A stretch of 64,000 nucleotides of DNA, taken from Squalus acanthias. Its lineage: Eukaryota. Numbering within the stretch: position 1 is the first letter of the stretch; each line of letters opens with the position of its first letter. Shown here piece by piece: positions 11,158 through 24,405 of this stretch. Below the pieces are notes generated by a model that did no database searches, was not told the origin of the DNA, and saw only the letters and a list, made by a program, of their open reading frames with translations. The stretch covers positions 54,188,001 through 54,252,000 of the forward strand of contig CM059437.1 of the NCBI GenBank assembly GCA_030390025.1, written 5' to 3'. The position numbers and the translations under genes are program-made.

Positions 11158-13350
11158 GAGAACAGTAGAACAGAAGAACAGAAGAAATAGGAGTTGGAGT
11201 AGGCCATTTGGCCCTTCGCGCCTGCTCCTCCATTCAACAAGATCATGGCTGATCTTCCACCTCAACTCCCGCTCTATTCCCATATCACTTAATTCCCTTA
11301 GTTCCCCAAAAGTTTTCTACCTCCGTCTTGAATATACTCAACGACTGAGCATCCACAGCTCTCTGAGGTAGAGAATTCCAAAGATTCACAACCCTTCGAG
11401 TGAAGAAGTTTCTCCTCATCTTAGTCCTAAAGATGCCTGGGATCCCTGGTTCTAGATTCCCCAGCCTGGGCAAACTTTTTCTCAACATTAACCCTGTCAA
11501 GCCCCTTAAGAATTTTATATGTTTCAATTAGATTACCTCTCATTCTTCTAAACTCTAGGGAATATAGGCCTAGCCTACTCAATCTCTCCTCATAGGGCAA
11601 TCCCCTCATCCCAGGAACCATTCGAGTGAACCTTCGTTGTACTCCCTCTAAGGCAAGTATGTCTTTTCTTTAGTAAGGAAACCAGAATTCTACACAATAC
11701 TCCAAGTGTGGTCTCACCAATGCCCTGTATAATTGTAGTAAGACTTCTTTACAATATACTCTAACCCCTTTCAAACAAAAGCTAACAATCCATTTGCCTA
11801 ACCAATTGCTTGCTGTACCTGCATACAAAGTTTCTGTGATCTATGTAGAAGGACACCCAGGTCCCATTGAATGCAAACATTTCCCAGGGTCTCACCATTC
11901 AAAAAATATTCTGCTTTTTGTTTTTCTTACCAAGGTGGATAACTTCACACTTACTCATTGTATTCCATTTTCCAAATTCTTGCCCACTCAGTCAACCTGT
12001 ATATCTCTCTCTGCAGCTTCTTTGCATCCTCCTGACAGCTTAGTTTCCCACCTAACTTTGTATTTTATGCAAACTTGGATACTTGGTCCCTTCATCTAAG
12101 CCATTAATACAGATTGTAAATAGCTGAGGCCCAAGCACTGATCTTTGTGGTACCCCGCTTGTTACAGCCTGCCAACCTGAAAAAGTCCAGTTTATTCCTA
12201 CTCTGTTTTCTGTCCATTAACTAATCTTCAATCCATGCAAATATATTACTCCCAATCCCATGAGTCCAATTTTGCACAATAACCTCTTGTGTGGCACCTT
12301 ATCGAATGCTTTTTGAAAATCCAAATACACTACATCCACTGGTTCCCCCTTATCCATCCTACTAGTTACATCTTCAAAAAACCCGAACAGATTTGTCAAA
12401 GACGATTTCCCTTTCATAAAACCTTGTTGACTCTGCCTAATTATATCGGCCCGAAAATTAGACCTAATACGGGAGATTACGCACTGTGTACTCTCGCGTA
12501 TTAGGTCCCAAAGTGCCGGTTTCCTGCATGCAATGCCCATGCACGGGAAACCGGCACTTCGGGTATGGCAATGGGGGCGGTTCCTAAGTGAACCGCGTGC
12601 GTGCTACAGGTTGCGTGCACGCAGCACACTTAGTTTTTTTTCAGGTTTGAACGCGCAGGTAAGTGTTGAAGATTTTACACATGAAGAAAGCAGGTGTAAG
12701 ACCCCCTTTTAACAAGGTAAGTAGTTAATTAAGTATTATTTTAAATTTTTTTCAACAGGTTTATCTTTTTTAGAGACTTTAAAGAAAGGTAAGTTTATAT
12801 TTATAACTTTTAAAAAGAATTAAAATTTTTTCAAAACTTTAAATTTTTGTTTAAAGTGGTTAATTTATTTAACTATAGTTATTTTATTAATGTGATGGCT
12901 TTTTTAAAAATTTAATTGAGGTTTAGCTGTTCTTTTGGGGGCTTGTTGTATTCATAGTTTTGACAGATCTTCCTGTCAAAACTATGAATGAAAGATGGTG
13001 TGCTGCCATTGGCTCCAACTGGCCCACGTGATCCCAGAGGTAGCATCGCACTAACTGCGCCTCTGGGACACACACACACTGCGCGCCGGCACCAGGGAGA
13101 GGCCCAGGAACTGAAGTTCATGTGGGCCAAAACCATAAAGGTAGGCGCGGAGTGCGATATCGCGGGGGATCCTTACCCCCCGCGGCAACCATCGAAGTCC
13201 AATTTCTGGGCCATTATGATTTTCTAAGTGCCCTGTTGCCACGTCCCTAAAAGTAGATTCTAGCATTTTGCCTACTACTGATTTCAGGCGAACTGGCCTA
13301 TAGTTCCCCCTTTTTTCTCTTCCACCTTTCTTAAATAGCAGGGTTAAAAA
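11158..13350 (-). mobile_element. CR1 LINE fragment, interrupted by a MITE
   Basis: RT motifs VVYLDFQKAFDKVPH, NYRPV, YEERLSRLGLYSLE; short tandem-repeat tail at about 11158-11190. Confidence 0.88.
12448..13212. mobile_element. Non-autonomous DNA transposon (MITE-like, about 765 bp) inserted in CR1
   Basis: Imperfect terminal inverted repeats GGCCCGAAAATT / AATTTCTGGGCC; CR1 sequence is continuous across the insertion; several internal hairpins. Confidence 0.7.
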
Positions 13351-14192
13351 TAGGAGTCTTACACTGTTGACCCACTGCACAAAGCTGGAGTGCTGCGTGC
13401 GAGAACCTGGATGCCTCTTCCCTGGCTTGCTGAGCGCGCAGTGTGTGTGTGTCTTAGTGCTAAAGCACTTTTCCCATTTTTTCGGAAGGGAATTCTGCTT
13501 TAAGTGTTGAAGAATCCCATTAGGAACTTCTTTTTAATGCTTTTGTTAAAGGCAGTAAGGGCTGAAAACTGCATTTTTTCACTTCATTTTAATTTTTATT
13601 AGTTCGGAAGGCATTGCTCTTTCAATTACCCCCAATTTCTTGCGATCTCCATAGCCTCTCTACCAGAGGCTGTCAGCAGATGGAATGCCAATTCAGGACG
13701 GGAACTTTGACTTCCTTGCCTGCACTAACTGCACAGGAGGGTGTTACACAGTAAGTTAGCGCTGGGCTAAAAATCTTAAGCACCAGCACGAATATTTCCC
13801 TGGCAGCGCTACGTCCATTTTCAGCGGCGTTAACCCGAGTTGCTGGTGAGAACGGCAACTCTCGTGGCTGCCATGAAATCCACCCCCCTCACCCGCAAAA
13901 TGTCTTTCTCATTCCTGTGCGTACGAAGTGGAGGTGGTGCAACATTGTCACCTACTGGTGCAGTCGCATATAACACACAGGGATGATATGATGGTAGACT
14001 GAGAGCTGATAGGTTCGATGGAAGTCCCCTGCAGTTGCTTTGAAATTGTCTATCAAATGTAAAAATATCAGTGAGCTTTAGAACGAGTGGTCTTTCAAGT
14101 TTACAATCTATCTGGTGAGGTGTATGCTAATACCTGCCCAATGGATATTCTACTTGTGCGTATATAGACGTATTACTTGCATGTACTCAAAG

Positions 14193-16640
14193 AGTCATAG
14201 TGTCATTACGGCATAGAAGTAGGCCATTCGGCCTATCGAGTCCATGCCGGCTCTCTGTTGAGCAATCCAGTCAGTCCCATTCCTCTGCTCTATCTCCATA
14301 GCATTGCAAGTTTATTTCCCTCAAGTGCCTATTCAATTTCCTTTTGAAATCATTGATCATCTCTGCTTCCACCATCTTCGCCGGCAGTGAGTTCCAGGTC
14401 ATTACCACTCGCTGCATATAAAAGTTCTTCCTCACATCCCCCCTGTATCTCTTGCCCAAAACCTTAAGTTTGTGTCCCCATGTCCTTGTACCATCAGCTA
14501 ATGGAAACAGCCTTTCTCTGTCTAGCTTATCCAAAATGATCATAATCTTGTACACCTCTATTAAATCTCCCCTCAACCTCCTTTCCTCCAAGGAAAACAA
14601 TCCCAGCTTCTCCAACGTAACCGTGTAGCTAAAATCCCTCACCCCTGGAACTATTCTGGTAAATCTCCTCTGCACCCTCTCAAAGACCTTCACATACTTT
14701 CTAAAGTGTGGTGACCAGAACTGGATGCAATACTCTGGTTGTGGCCTAACCAGAGCTTTATAAAGTTTCAGCATACTTCCCTGCTTTTCTACTCAATACA
14801 TCTATTTATGAAGCCCAAGATCCCATATGCTTTGCTAACTATTCTCTCAATATGTCCTGCCAACTTCAAAGATCTTTGCACATGAACCCCCTGGTCCCTC
14901 TGTCCCTGCACACTCTTTAGAACAGTGCCATTAAGTCTATATTGCTTCTCCCTATCCTTTCTGCCAAAATGCATTACCTCACACTTCGCTGTATTAAATT
15001 ACATCTGCCACTTGTCTGCCCATTCTGCTTGCCTATCTATCTTCTGTTGCAGTCGATTGGTATCCTCCTCACTTTTTGCCAGACGTCCAAGTTTGGTACC
15101 ATCGGCAAATTTTGAAATTTTACTCTATATTGCAATATCCAACTAATTTATATATACCAAAGAAGCAGTGTTCTTAGCACTGACCCTTGGGGAACACCAC
15201 TGTCTACCATCCTCCAGTCTGAAAATCTACCATTTAACACAACTCGCTGTTTTCAGTCCTTAAGCCAATTTCTTATCCAAGCTGACACAGACCCTCCGAT
15301 TCCATGAGCCTCAATTTTATTAACCAACCTTTTACGTGGTACTTTATCAAAACGCTTTCTTAAAATCCACATAGACTACACCCACTGCATTCCCTTCATC
15401 AGCCTTCTCTGTTACTTCATCAAAAAATGCAATTAGATTAGTCAAACACGACCTGCCTTTTAGAAATCCGTGCAGGCTCTCCTTAATTAACGTAAACATC
15501 TCCAAGTGCCTGTTAATTATTTCCCTGATTGCTGTTTCTGAAAACTTACCCACCACTGGTTTTAAACTGACTGGCCTGTAGTTACTAGGATTGTCCTTAC
15601 AACCTTTCTTGAACAAGGGTGTCACATTTGCTACTTTCTAATCCTCTGGCACCTCTCCAGTATTTAGGGAAGTTTGGAAGATTATGACAAGACCTTCCGC
15701 TATCTCCACCCTCACTTCCCTTAGCAACCTGCGATGCAAGCCAATCAGAGCAGGAGACTTGTCCACTCTAAGCATATCAAGCATTTGCAGTACATCCTGC
15801 TTATCAATTTTTACCCCATCCATTACCTCTACCATCTCCGCTTCTACCGATGTTTTGTCAGCATCCTCTTCCATAGTAAACACCGACACAAAGTACTCAT
15901 TAAGTATTCTAGCCTTGCCCTGCGCCTCTAACCATATATCACCTTCTTTGCCCCTAACAGGCCCCACCCCACCTCTTACTATCCGCTTACTATTTATATG
16001 CTGGTAGAATATTTTTCGGTTCCCTTTTATGTTAACTGCCATTCTATTCTCATTTTCTCTCTTTGCCAGTCTTATTTTCCTCTTCACTTCCCCTCTCAAC
16101 TTATTGTATTTGGCCTGGTTCTCACTTGAAGAATTAACCTGACATGCCTCATACACCCTCTTTTTGTTTCATCATATTCTCTATCCCCCTCGTCATCCAA
16201 GGAGCCCTGACTTTGGTTCCCCTACCTTTTCCTCTTTTTGAATGTACCTAGCCTGTAGCTGAAACATCTCTTCCTTAAAGATCACCCATTGTTCCGTTAC
16301 AGTTTTTCCTGTCAATCTTTGGTTCCATTTTACCCTGGCTAGATCCCCTCTCATCCCATTGAAGTTAGCCCTCTTCCAATTTAGACGTTCTACTTTAGAT
16401 TGTTCCTTGCTCTTCTACATTACTAATGTAAACCTTATGATACGATGATCACTCTTACCCAAGTGTTCTCCCACAGACACTTGGTCCACTTAGCGCACCT
16501 CATTCTGCAGCACCAGATCCAGCAATGCCTCCTTCCTAGTTGGGCCGAGAACATGCTGGTCAAGCAAGTTGTCCTGAACACATTTCAGAAATTCCTCCCT
16601 CTCCTTTCCATTTTCTCTAACATTATCCCAATCGATGCCA
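14193..16640 (-). mobile_element. CR1 LINE, degenerate ORF2
   Basis: ORFs 15638-16156, 15347-15625, 14789-14974 and 14271-14774 are consecutive CR1 ORF2 pieces; empty site in the paralogue near 59775. Confidence 0.92.
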
Positions 16641-16722
16641 TTCAGTGTGTTATCGTTAATTAACAGACATCTGTCAGATAAAACACTGCCTGATAGGTTC
16701 TCAGATCAATTTATTAAATAAA

Positions 16723-19488
16723 GACATGGTTAGAACAGGGACAGGAATGGTTGTTGGAAGTTCCGGGGTATAGATGTTTCAGTAAGAGTAGGGAAGTTGG
16801 TAAGAAAGGTGGAGGAGTAGCATTGTTAATCAAGGATAGTTTAACAGCGGCAGAAAGGCAGTTCGAGGGGGATCTGCCGTCTGAGGTAATATGGGCTGAA
16901 GTTAGAAATAGGAAAGGAGCGGTCACGTTGTTAGGAGTTTTCTACAGGCCCCCAAATAGTAATAAAGATGTGGAGGAAGAAATTGCAAAGCAGATTATGA
17001 ATAGGTGTGGAGGTCACAGAGTAGTTGTCATGGGTGACTTCAACTTTCCAAATATTGATTGGAACCTTTATAGGTCAAACAGTTCGGATGGGATAGTTTT
17101 TGCACAGTGTGTGCAGGAGGGTTTCCTGACGCAATATGTGGATAGGCCGACAAGAGGTGGGGCCACGTTGGATTTGGTACTGGGTAATGAACCGGGCCAA
17201 GTGTTTGATTTGTATGTGGGAGAGCACTTTGGAGATAGTGACCACAATTCGGTAACTTTCACTATTGCAATGGAGAGGGATAGGGCCATACGGCAGGGCA
17301 GGGTTTATAATTGGGGGAGGGGTAATTATGATGCGATTAGGCAAGAATTAGGGAGTATAAGATGGGAACAGAAACTATCAGGGAAAGGCACAAACGAAAA
17401 GTGGAGCTTTTTCATGGAGCAATTACTGCGTGTCCTTGATAGGTATGTCCCTGTCAGGCAGGGAGGAAATGGCCGAGTGAGAGAACCATGGTTCACAAAA
17501 GAGGTTGAATGTCTAGTCAAGAGGAAAAAGGAAGCGTATGTAAGGATGAGAAAACAAGGTTCAGTTGGGTCGATTGAGGGGTACAAGGTAGCAAGGAATG
17601 AGCTAAAAAAAGAACTTAGGAGAGCTAGGAGGGGGCATGAGAAGTCCTTGGCGGGTCGGATCAAGAAAAACCCCAAGGCTTTTTACTCTTATGTGAGAAA
17701 TAAAAGAATGACCAGGGTGAGGGTAGGGCCGGTCAAGGACAGTAGTGGGAACTTGTGCATGGAGTCAGAAGAGATAGGAGAGGTGATGAATGAATACTTT
17801 TCGTCAGTGTTCACCGAGGAGAGGGGCCATGTTCTTGAGGATGAGAGTGTGATAAAGGTGGATAGGCTGGAGGTGGTAGATGTTCTGAGGGAAGATGTTT
17901 TAGCAATATTGAAGAACCTGAGGGTCGATAAGTCCCCTGGGCCAGATGGGATATATCCTAGGATTCTTTGGGAGGCAAGGGAGGAGATTGCAGAGCCTCT
18001 GGCTTTGATCTTTGGGTCCTCACTGTCCACGGGGATGGTGCCAGAGGACTGGAGAGTGGCGAATGTTGTTCCTCTCTTCAAGAAAGGAAATAGGAATGAC
18101 CCTGGTAATTATAGGCCAGTTAGTCTTACTTCGGTGGTTGGTAAGATAATGGAAAATGTCCTGAGGGATAGGATTTATGACCATTTGGAAAGGGGCAACT
18201 TAATCAGGGATAGTCAACACGGATTCGTGAAGGGTAAGTCTTGCCTAACAAATTTGATTGAATTCTTTGAGGAGGTAACTAAGTGTGTAGATGAAGGTAG
18301 AGCAGTTGATGTCGTATACATGGATTTTAGTAAGGCGTTTGATAAGGTTCCCCATGGTCGTCTCATGAAGAAAGTAAGGAGTTGTGGGATAGAGGGAAAT
18401 TTGGCCGATTGGATAAGTAACTGGCTATCTCATAGAAGGCAGAGGGTGGTGGTGGATGGAACATTTTCGGACTGGAGACCAGTTACCAGCGGTGTGCCAC
18501 AGGGGTCGGTGCTGGGTCCTCTGCTGTTTGTGATTTTTATCAATGACTTGGAGGAGGGGACTGAAGGGTGGATCAGTAAATTTGCTGATGACACCAAGAT
18601 TGGTGGAGTAGTGGATGAGGTGGAGGGCAGTTGTAGGCTGCAAAGAGACATTGATAGGATGCAGAGCTGGGCCGAAAAATGGCAGATGGAATTTAACCCT
18701 GATAAGTGCGAGGTGATTCATTTTGGTAGGGCAAATTTGAATAAGGATTACAGGGTCAACGGCAGGGTTCTGAGGAACGTGGAGGAGCAGAGGGATCTGG
18801 GGGTTCATATCCACAGATGTCTGAAGGTTGTCACTCAAGTGGATAGAGCAGTAAAGAAGGCCTATGGTGTGTTGGCGTTTATTAACAGAGGGTTTGAGTT
18901 TAAGAACCGTGAGGTTATGCTGCAACTGTACAGGACCTTGGTGAGACCACATTTGGAATATTGTGTGCAGTTCTGGTCACCTCACTATAGGAAGGACGTG
19001 GAAGCATTGGAAAGAGTGCAAAGGAGATTTACCAGGATGCTGCCTGGTTTGGAGGGGAGGTCTTATGAGGAAAGATTGAGGGAGTTGGGGCTTTTCTCTT
19101 TAGAGCGGAGGAGGATGAGAGGCGACTTAATAGAGGTTTATAAGATGATGAGGGGGATAGATAGAGTGGATGTTCAGAGACTATTTCCTCGGGTAGAGGC
19201 AGCTGTTACAAGGGGGCATAACTATAAGGTGCATGGGGGGAGATATAGAAGGGATGTCCGAGGTAGATTCTTTACTCAGAGAGTGGTTGGGGTGTGGAAT
19301 GGACTGCCTGCTGTGATAGTGGAGTCGGACACTTTAGGAACTTTCAAGCGGTTATTGGATAAGCACATGGAGCACACCAGAGTGATAGGGAGTGTGATAG
19401 CTTGATCTTGGTCTCGGACAATGCTCGGCACAACATCGAGGGCCGAAGGGCCTGTACTGTGCTGTACTGTTCTATGTTCTATGTTCTA
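16723..19488 (+). mobile_element. Young CR1 LINE, 5'-truncated inside the endonuclease, with an uninterrupted ORF2
   Basis: (TTCTATG)n tail; ATAAAG-like duplication at both ends; empty site attaaataaaggatagg at about 59851-59867. Confidence 0.95.
16751..19405 (+). CDS. CR1 ORF2: partial AP endonuclease plus reverse transcriptase, 884 aa
   Basis: GDFNFP, LDLVL and SDHN endonuclease motifs; [21 protein letters not shown] and FADDTK RT motifs; no stops. The frame extends a few codons upstream to the ETW motif, where the element is truncated. Confidence 0.93.
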   Translation: MLEVPGYRCFSKSREVGKKGGGVALLIKDSLTAAERQFEGDLPSEVIWAEVRNRKGAVTLLGVFYRPPNSNKDVEEEIAKQIMNRCGGHRVVVMGDFNFPNIDWNLYRSNSSDGIVFAQCVQEGFLTQYVDRPTRGGATLDLVLGNEPGQVFDLYVGEHFGDSDHNSVTFTIAMERDRAIRQGRVYNWGRGNYDAIRQELGSIRWEQKLSGKGTNEKWSFFMEQLLRVLDRYVPVRQGGNGRVREPWFTKEVECLVKRKKEAYVRMRKQGSVGSIEGYKVARNELKKELRRARRGHEKSLAGRIKKNPKAFYSYVRNKRMTRVRVGPVKDSSGNLCMESEEIGEVMNEYFSSVFTEERGHVLEDESVIKVDRLEVVDVLREDVLAILKNLRVDKSPGPDGIYPRILWEAREEIAEPLALIFGSSLSTGMVPEDWRVANVVPLFKKGNRNDPGNYRPVSLTSVVGKIMENVLRDRIYDHLERGNLIRDSQHGFVKGKSCLTNLIEFFEEVTKCVDEGRAVDVVYMDFSKAFDKVPHGRLMKKVRSCGIEGNLADWISNWLSHRRQRVVVDGTFSDWRPVTSGVPQGSVLGPLLFVIFINDLEEGTEGWISKFADDTKIGGVVDEVEGSCRLQRDIDRMQSWAEKWQMEFNPDKCEVIHFGRANLNKDYRVNGRVLRNVEEQRDLGVHIHRCLKVVTQVDRAVKKAYGVLAFINRGFEFKNREVMLQLYRTLVRPHLEYCVQFWSPHYRKDVEALERVQRRFTRMLPGLEGRSYEERLRELGLFSLERRRMRGDLIEVYKMMRGIDRVDVQRLFPRVEAAVTRGHNYKVHGGRYRRDVRGRFFTQRVVGVWNGLPAVIVESDTLGTFKRLLDKHMEHTRVIGSVIA

Positions 19489-19554
19489 TAAAGGATAGGA
19501 CACAGGAGCTGGAGTAATAGTCCTGGCATGATATCAAGACCCGCAGAAAGGTAC

Positions 19555-22500
19555 ATTGGAAGTTTCCACTGGGCTTCTACCACTCTACCGTAAATTGTGC
19601 GGTAGTTCGGTGGAAACCCGAGGGATGAAATTCGTCTACTGTGATAGAGTAAAACAGGCCAGTGAATTGGCAGCCAATTTCAGCAGGGCGTAAAAATGGC
19701 TTACGAGTTGCTAGATCCATTTTTGCGCTATTACCCAAGTCCAACTTCACCCCCGCAGTTTACACGAGGGGTTTCTGCTGAACATCCGCCGAAGTTACTT
19801 TCCTGGAGTAGGAGAAGCTGGAGGAATTTCCTGGTGTTAGGTGCACAACGGTTTCATGGGTCAGATCATTGCATACACATTGGAGTAATCAGTAGTGTAA
19901 ATCCAGAGTAAAAACATGTGTAGGCTGCTGGAGTGCATGGAAAGTAGCGTGCAAAGTTTAACAAAGACAGTTAAAACTATACACTTCAGCATCACACTGG
20001 AGGATAACCAGGTAAAGAGTGAGCAATCCTAAGCTCAATCAGTTGAGTCCCACATAACTTCATTGCATGTCTCATCAATCCTTTTACCATACACAACATT
20101 TCTGCAGCTACCGATCTGCTCAACCACACGCTCACCACCACCTTTGATGCCCTAATCCCGATTAAAACAATTACTCACTCTCACCCTGACCGTTACCCCT
20201 GGTACGGCCCTCCACTTCACTCCCATATGTCCAAGGGATGCAGACTTGAACGGATATGGTGGACAACTGGCATTATCGGGTCCTGCTATCGTCTCCCAAA
20301 ATTGCTCACTATCCCAGAATTCACTCTGGATTGCAAAGATAAACCCCAGCTTCTATTCTCCATTACTAACCATCCTCCCTGTCTCATCCACCCTCACCTC
20401 CGACAACAAGTATGAGGAGCTCATGGACTTCTTTGTCTCTAAGTTTGAGACCATCCGTTCAGCTGCCTCTACCACGTCCCTTCCTTCACCTAGCCCACCA
20501 GGCCAAACTTCCTCTAAGGTGCCCCCCTGCCCTAGCCCTGAACTCATATCTTTCTCCAGTTGCTCTTTCTCTCCGATCTCCCCTCATGACCTCTCCACGC
20601 TCATGCTGTCCAGGAGACCTTCTTCCTGCTCCCTCAACCCTATTCCCACCAAATTTCTGACCACCTAACATCCTTTTCTGGCTGCCATGTTAGCTGATAT
20701 TGTTAATGGTTCTCTCTCCTCAGGTACTGACCCCCTCTCCTTCAAGTCTGCCGTCATCACTCATCTCCTCAAAAAATCAAAACTTGACCCCTCGGTCCTT
20801 GCAAACTACAGCCCCATCTCCAACCTCCATTTCCTTTCCGAAGGCCATGAACATGTTATCACCTCTCAAATCCATGCCCATCTTTCCCACAACTCCATGT
20901 TTGAATCCCTCCAATCAGGTTTCCACCCCTGCCACAGTACCAAAACGGCTCTCATCAAACGTGCAACTGACATCCTTTGTGACTGTGACAAAGGTAAACT
21001 ATCCCTCGTCGTCCTTCTTGACTTGTCTGCAGCCTTTGACACGATTGACCACTCCATCCTTCTTCAACGCCTCTCTACCTTCGTCCAGCTGGGTCGGATT
21101 GCACTCGCCTGGTTCCATTCTTATCCATCTAATCGTAGCCAGAGAATCACCTGCAACGGCTTCTCTTTCCTGCTCTCACATCGTTACCTCTGGTGTTCTC
21201 CAAGGGTCTATTCTTGGCCCCTTCCTATTTCTCATCTATATGTGGCACCTTGGCGACATCATCCGAAAACATAGTCAGTTTTCACTTGCAAGCTGATGAC
21301 AGCCAGCTCTACCTCACCAACACTGCTCTCAGCCCTGCCACGCTCTCTAAATTGTCAGACTGCTCGTCCGACACCCAGTTCTGGATGAGCAGATGTTTTC
21401 TCCAATTAAATATTGGGAAGACTGAAGCCATTGTTTTCGGTCCCCGCCACAAACTCCGTTCCCTAGCCACTGACTCCGTCCCTCTCCCTAACATCTGTCT
21501 GTGGCTGAAGCACACTTTGGTGTCATATTTGACCCTTAATGAGCTTCCAACCACATATCTGCGGCATAACTAAGACCAGCTATTTCCACCTCCATAACAT
21601 TGCCCGTCTCCGCCCTTGCCTCAGCTCATCTGCTGCTGAAACCCTCATCCATGGCTTTGTTACCTCTAGAGTTGACTGTTCCAATGCACTCCTGGCTGGC
21701 CTTCCGCATTCTACCCTATGTAAACTTGAGGTCGTCCAAAACTCAGATACCCGTGTCCTAACTCGCACCAAGTCCCATTCACCCATCAGCCCTGCCCTCG
21801 CTGACCAAATTTGGCTCCTAGTTAAGCAACGCCTCAATTTAAAATTCTCATCCTTGTTTTCAAATACCTCCACGGCCTTGCACCTCCCTATCTCTGTAAT
21901 CTCCTCCAGCCCCACAACCCCACAGGATATCTGCGCTCCCCTAATTCTGCCGTCTTGAGCATTCCTGATTATGATCGCTCAACCATTGGTGGCTGTGCCT
22001 TCTGTTGCCTAGGCCTTAAGCTCTGGAATTCCCTGCCTAAACCTCTCTGCCTCTCTACCTATCGTTCCTCCTTTAAGACGCTCCTTAAAATCTACCTCTT
22101 TGACCAAGCTTTTGGCCACCTGCCCTAATTGCTCCTTGTGTGGCTAGGTGTCACATTTTTTGTCTTATAACACTCCTGTGAAGCGCCTTGGGACGTTTTA
22201 TTACGTTAAAGGCGCTATATAAATACAAGTTGTTGTTGTTGTTGTCATTGTACATTTCAAGAATTATGCTTCAAGCAGCCAGACAAGGTGGCAGGACGTG
22301 GCACTCAGGAACAGAAAAAGAAGACAGAATTTCTGACTAGGACCTCCAAGCCCACCTCAGAGAAACTGAATTAAGGAGGCAGAGACATGTGGATGTCTGT
22401 GCCAGCAAGCTTATCCAGAATATCCATTCCTGCCAACCTGACAAGTCTGTCACGTGTCAGGTGGAAGGAGGTGGCACTGGCATTGTGTGCCTACATTCTT

Positions 22501-23490
22501 ATGCCCAGGACTGGGGACGAGTGCCAGAAGAAGTTCACCAACCTCACCAGCGGAAGCAAGGTAACCAACCAGGTGCTGGGGACGAGCACATTCTTCATCA
22601 TCTTAAAGCAACACTTGTGCAACTAACATTCCACAATGCACTTAGGTTAATGGAGGTTCCAAGTCAAGACCTTGCACTGTGGTTACAACGCATCCCTAAC
22701 AGCTATTACTTACATGCATAACCATAATATAAATTTCGGCCCTCAGTTTGTGCCTAGGGGAAGCATTGGAATGGTGAAAGGAAGGCGTATGTAGGCACCC
22801 AGGGGAAGGGGATGTGAGGTGCAAAGCAATGTTATTGATTGCAGCCTTTGGGGAAACATCAACCCGGAAAAGTAGATGGCCATAACTTGTTTATACCTTG
22901 CTGAGATTTCAAAGGTAATGAATTTGCCTGCTCTCCTGTAAAGGACATCAACAACATAATCAATGAACGGTCCATATTACTGCCCGGTTGTTGGTGCAGA
23001 GATTCCTAACGGGGACCTAGAATTACCCTGTGATATAAAAGTTGAAGGCGGTGATTACCTGTATTGCCCCTGAGAGATCGGTGTGAGTAGATGAGCGTGG
23101 CTGTACGTCCACCTGTATAGTTGCCCTATTGCCTCTTTGGTAAACTACACTGTGCTTATGCACAGATCCTCAGAATGTTCCTCATATGGAGTAATACCTA
23201 GTCGGCTGCATCCTTCTTAAATGCTGCCTGAGGCTTCTTTGCTCCATCCTGCGCGGTTTCTCCTCCTCCTCCTCCTCCATGATAATTGCATAGAGCGGTA
23301 AGTCCATAGGAAATATCATCTTCAGGACCATGACACTTAGCGGATTCCCTTGTCTTAGTTCACACAGAATGACACTGACCGAAGTTCCAATTGACGATGA
23401 TACTTAAAGAGGAGAATTCACCTTCTGCACTTTACACCAGTTCTCATTCTGTGTTCGCAGGAAACAACGGGGGAGATTTCCAATGGAAAC
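19555..23490. mobile_element. Old Harbinger-like relic (Myb/SANT-like gene on +, transposase remnant on -), interrupted by L2
   Basis: 22387-22626 encodes WKEVALALCAYILMPRTGDECQKKFTNL (Myb/SANT-like); 22840-23010 matches the transposase relic at 43170-43350. Paralogous copies at about 35860-37350 and 59925-61100. Confidence 0.6.
20093..22245 (+). mobile_element. L2-type LINE, 5'-truncated
   Basis: LQSGF...HSTKTAL, LLDLSAAFDTIDH, ADDSQLY, LQLNIGKTE motifs; tail aaggcgctatataaatacaag(ttg)n; empty site ccatacatttcaag at about 36384 and 60107. Confidence 0.9.
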
Positions 23491-23819
23491 CTGAGCCGTA
23501 AATAACGGAATGAGTGAGCATCACAAACAGAGCTTGATGGTGTTCCTCAAATATCTGGCAAGTACTCACGATGTAACCACGTCACCCGTTCGCAGTAAAA
23601 CAGAAGGGCCCGACTCTCGATACTCGACACAATTCTGTTCAATGGGTTTTCACGAATTGGAACTGAATGGAACCAAGTCTATTTTGGGAGGTTTAGCCAA
23701 TGAATGGCAGGAATTAGCGCTTACCGACACATATTTTATTGGGCAGTAATGGGGAAACATTTAACATTTTCCTATGTGCGCAGAAACGCAACATCTTCTC
23801 ACAAGCACGCAGGGTCAGT

Positions 23820-24405
23820 ATCAGTCTTGTGGTAATAAATCACTGATTAGGCCTCAGCTGAATTATTGTGTCCAGTTCTGGCACAGCACTTAAGGGAGAA
23901 TGTCAAGGACCTGGTGTGGGTGCAGAGGAGATTTATCAAAATGATACCAGAGACGAGGTTCTTCAATTATGTGGAGAGATACGAATGGCTGCGTAATTCT
24001 CCTTAGAGCGGGGAGGTTAAGCCGAGATTTGATGGAGGTGCTTAAAACTACGAAGGGTTTTAATAAAGAGAAACAGTCTCCATTGGCAGGTGTGTCAGGA
24101 ACAGAAGACGTACATTTAAGATTATTGGCAAAATAACTAGAGGGAGGATGATGGGAATTGTTTTATGCAACGAGTTGTTATGATCTGGAATTCACTGCCG
24201 GAAAGGGAAGCAAATTCAGCAGTAACTTTTAAAAGGGAATTGGATAAATACTTGAAAAGGAAAAAATGTTGCAGTGTTATGGGGAAGGAGCAGGTAAGTG
24301 GGGCTAATTGGAAAGCTCTTTCAATGAGCCGACACTGGCACGATGGGCCGAATAGCCTGCTCCTGTTATGTATGATTCTATGATGCTACGATTCTATGAT
24401 TCTAT
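23820..24405 (+). mobile_element. Old CR1 3' fragment (shorter paralogue at about 46495-46785)
   Basis: QRVVMIWNSLP motif and (ATTCTATG)n tail. Confidence 0.8.

Larger units (their letters stand above)
9474..13890. mobile_element. Internally deleted PIF/Harbinger-like DNA transposon with nested CR1 and MITE
   Basis: Absent from the paralogue (about 59495-59503). The 10053-10274 peptide (acidic tract then GHAIRDGIIRLQY) resembles the transposase C-terminus at 40144-40368; GC-rich termini. Confidence 0.55.
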
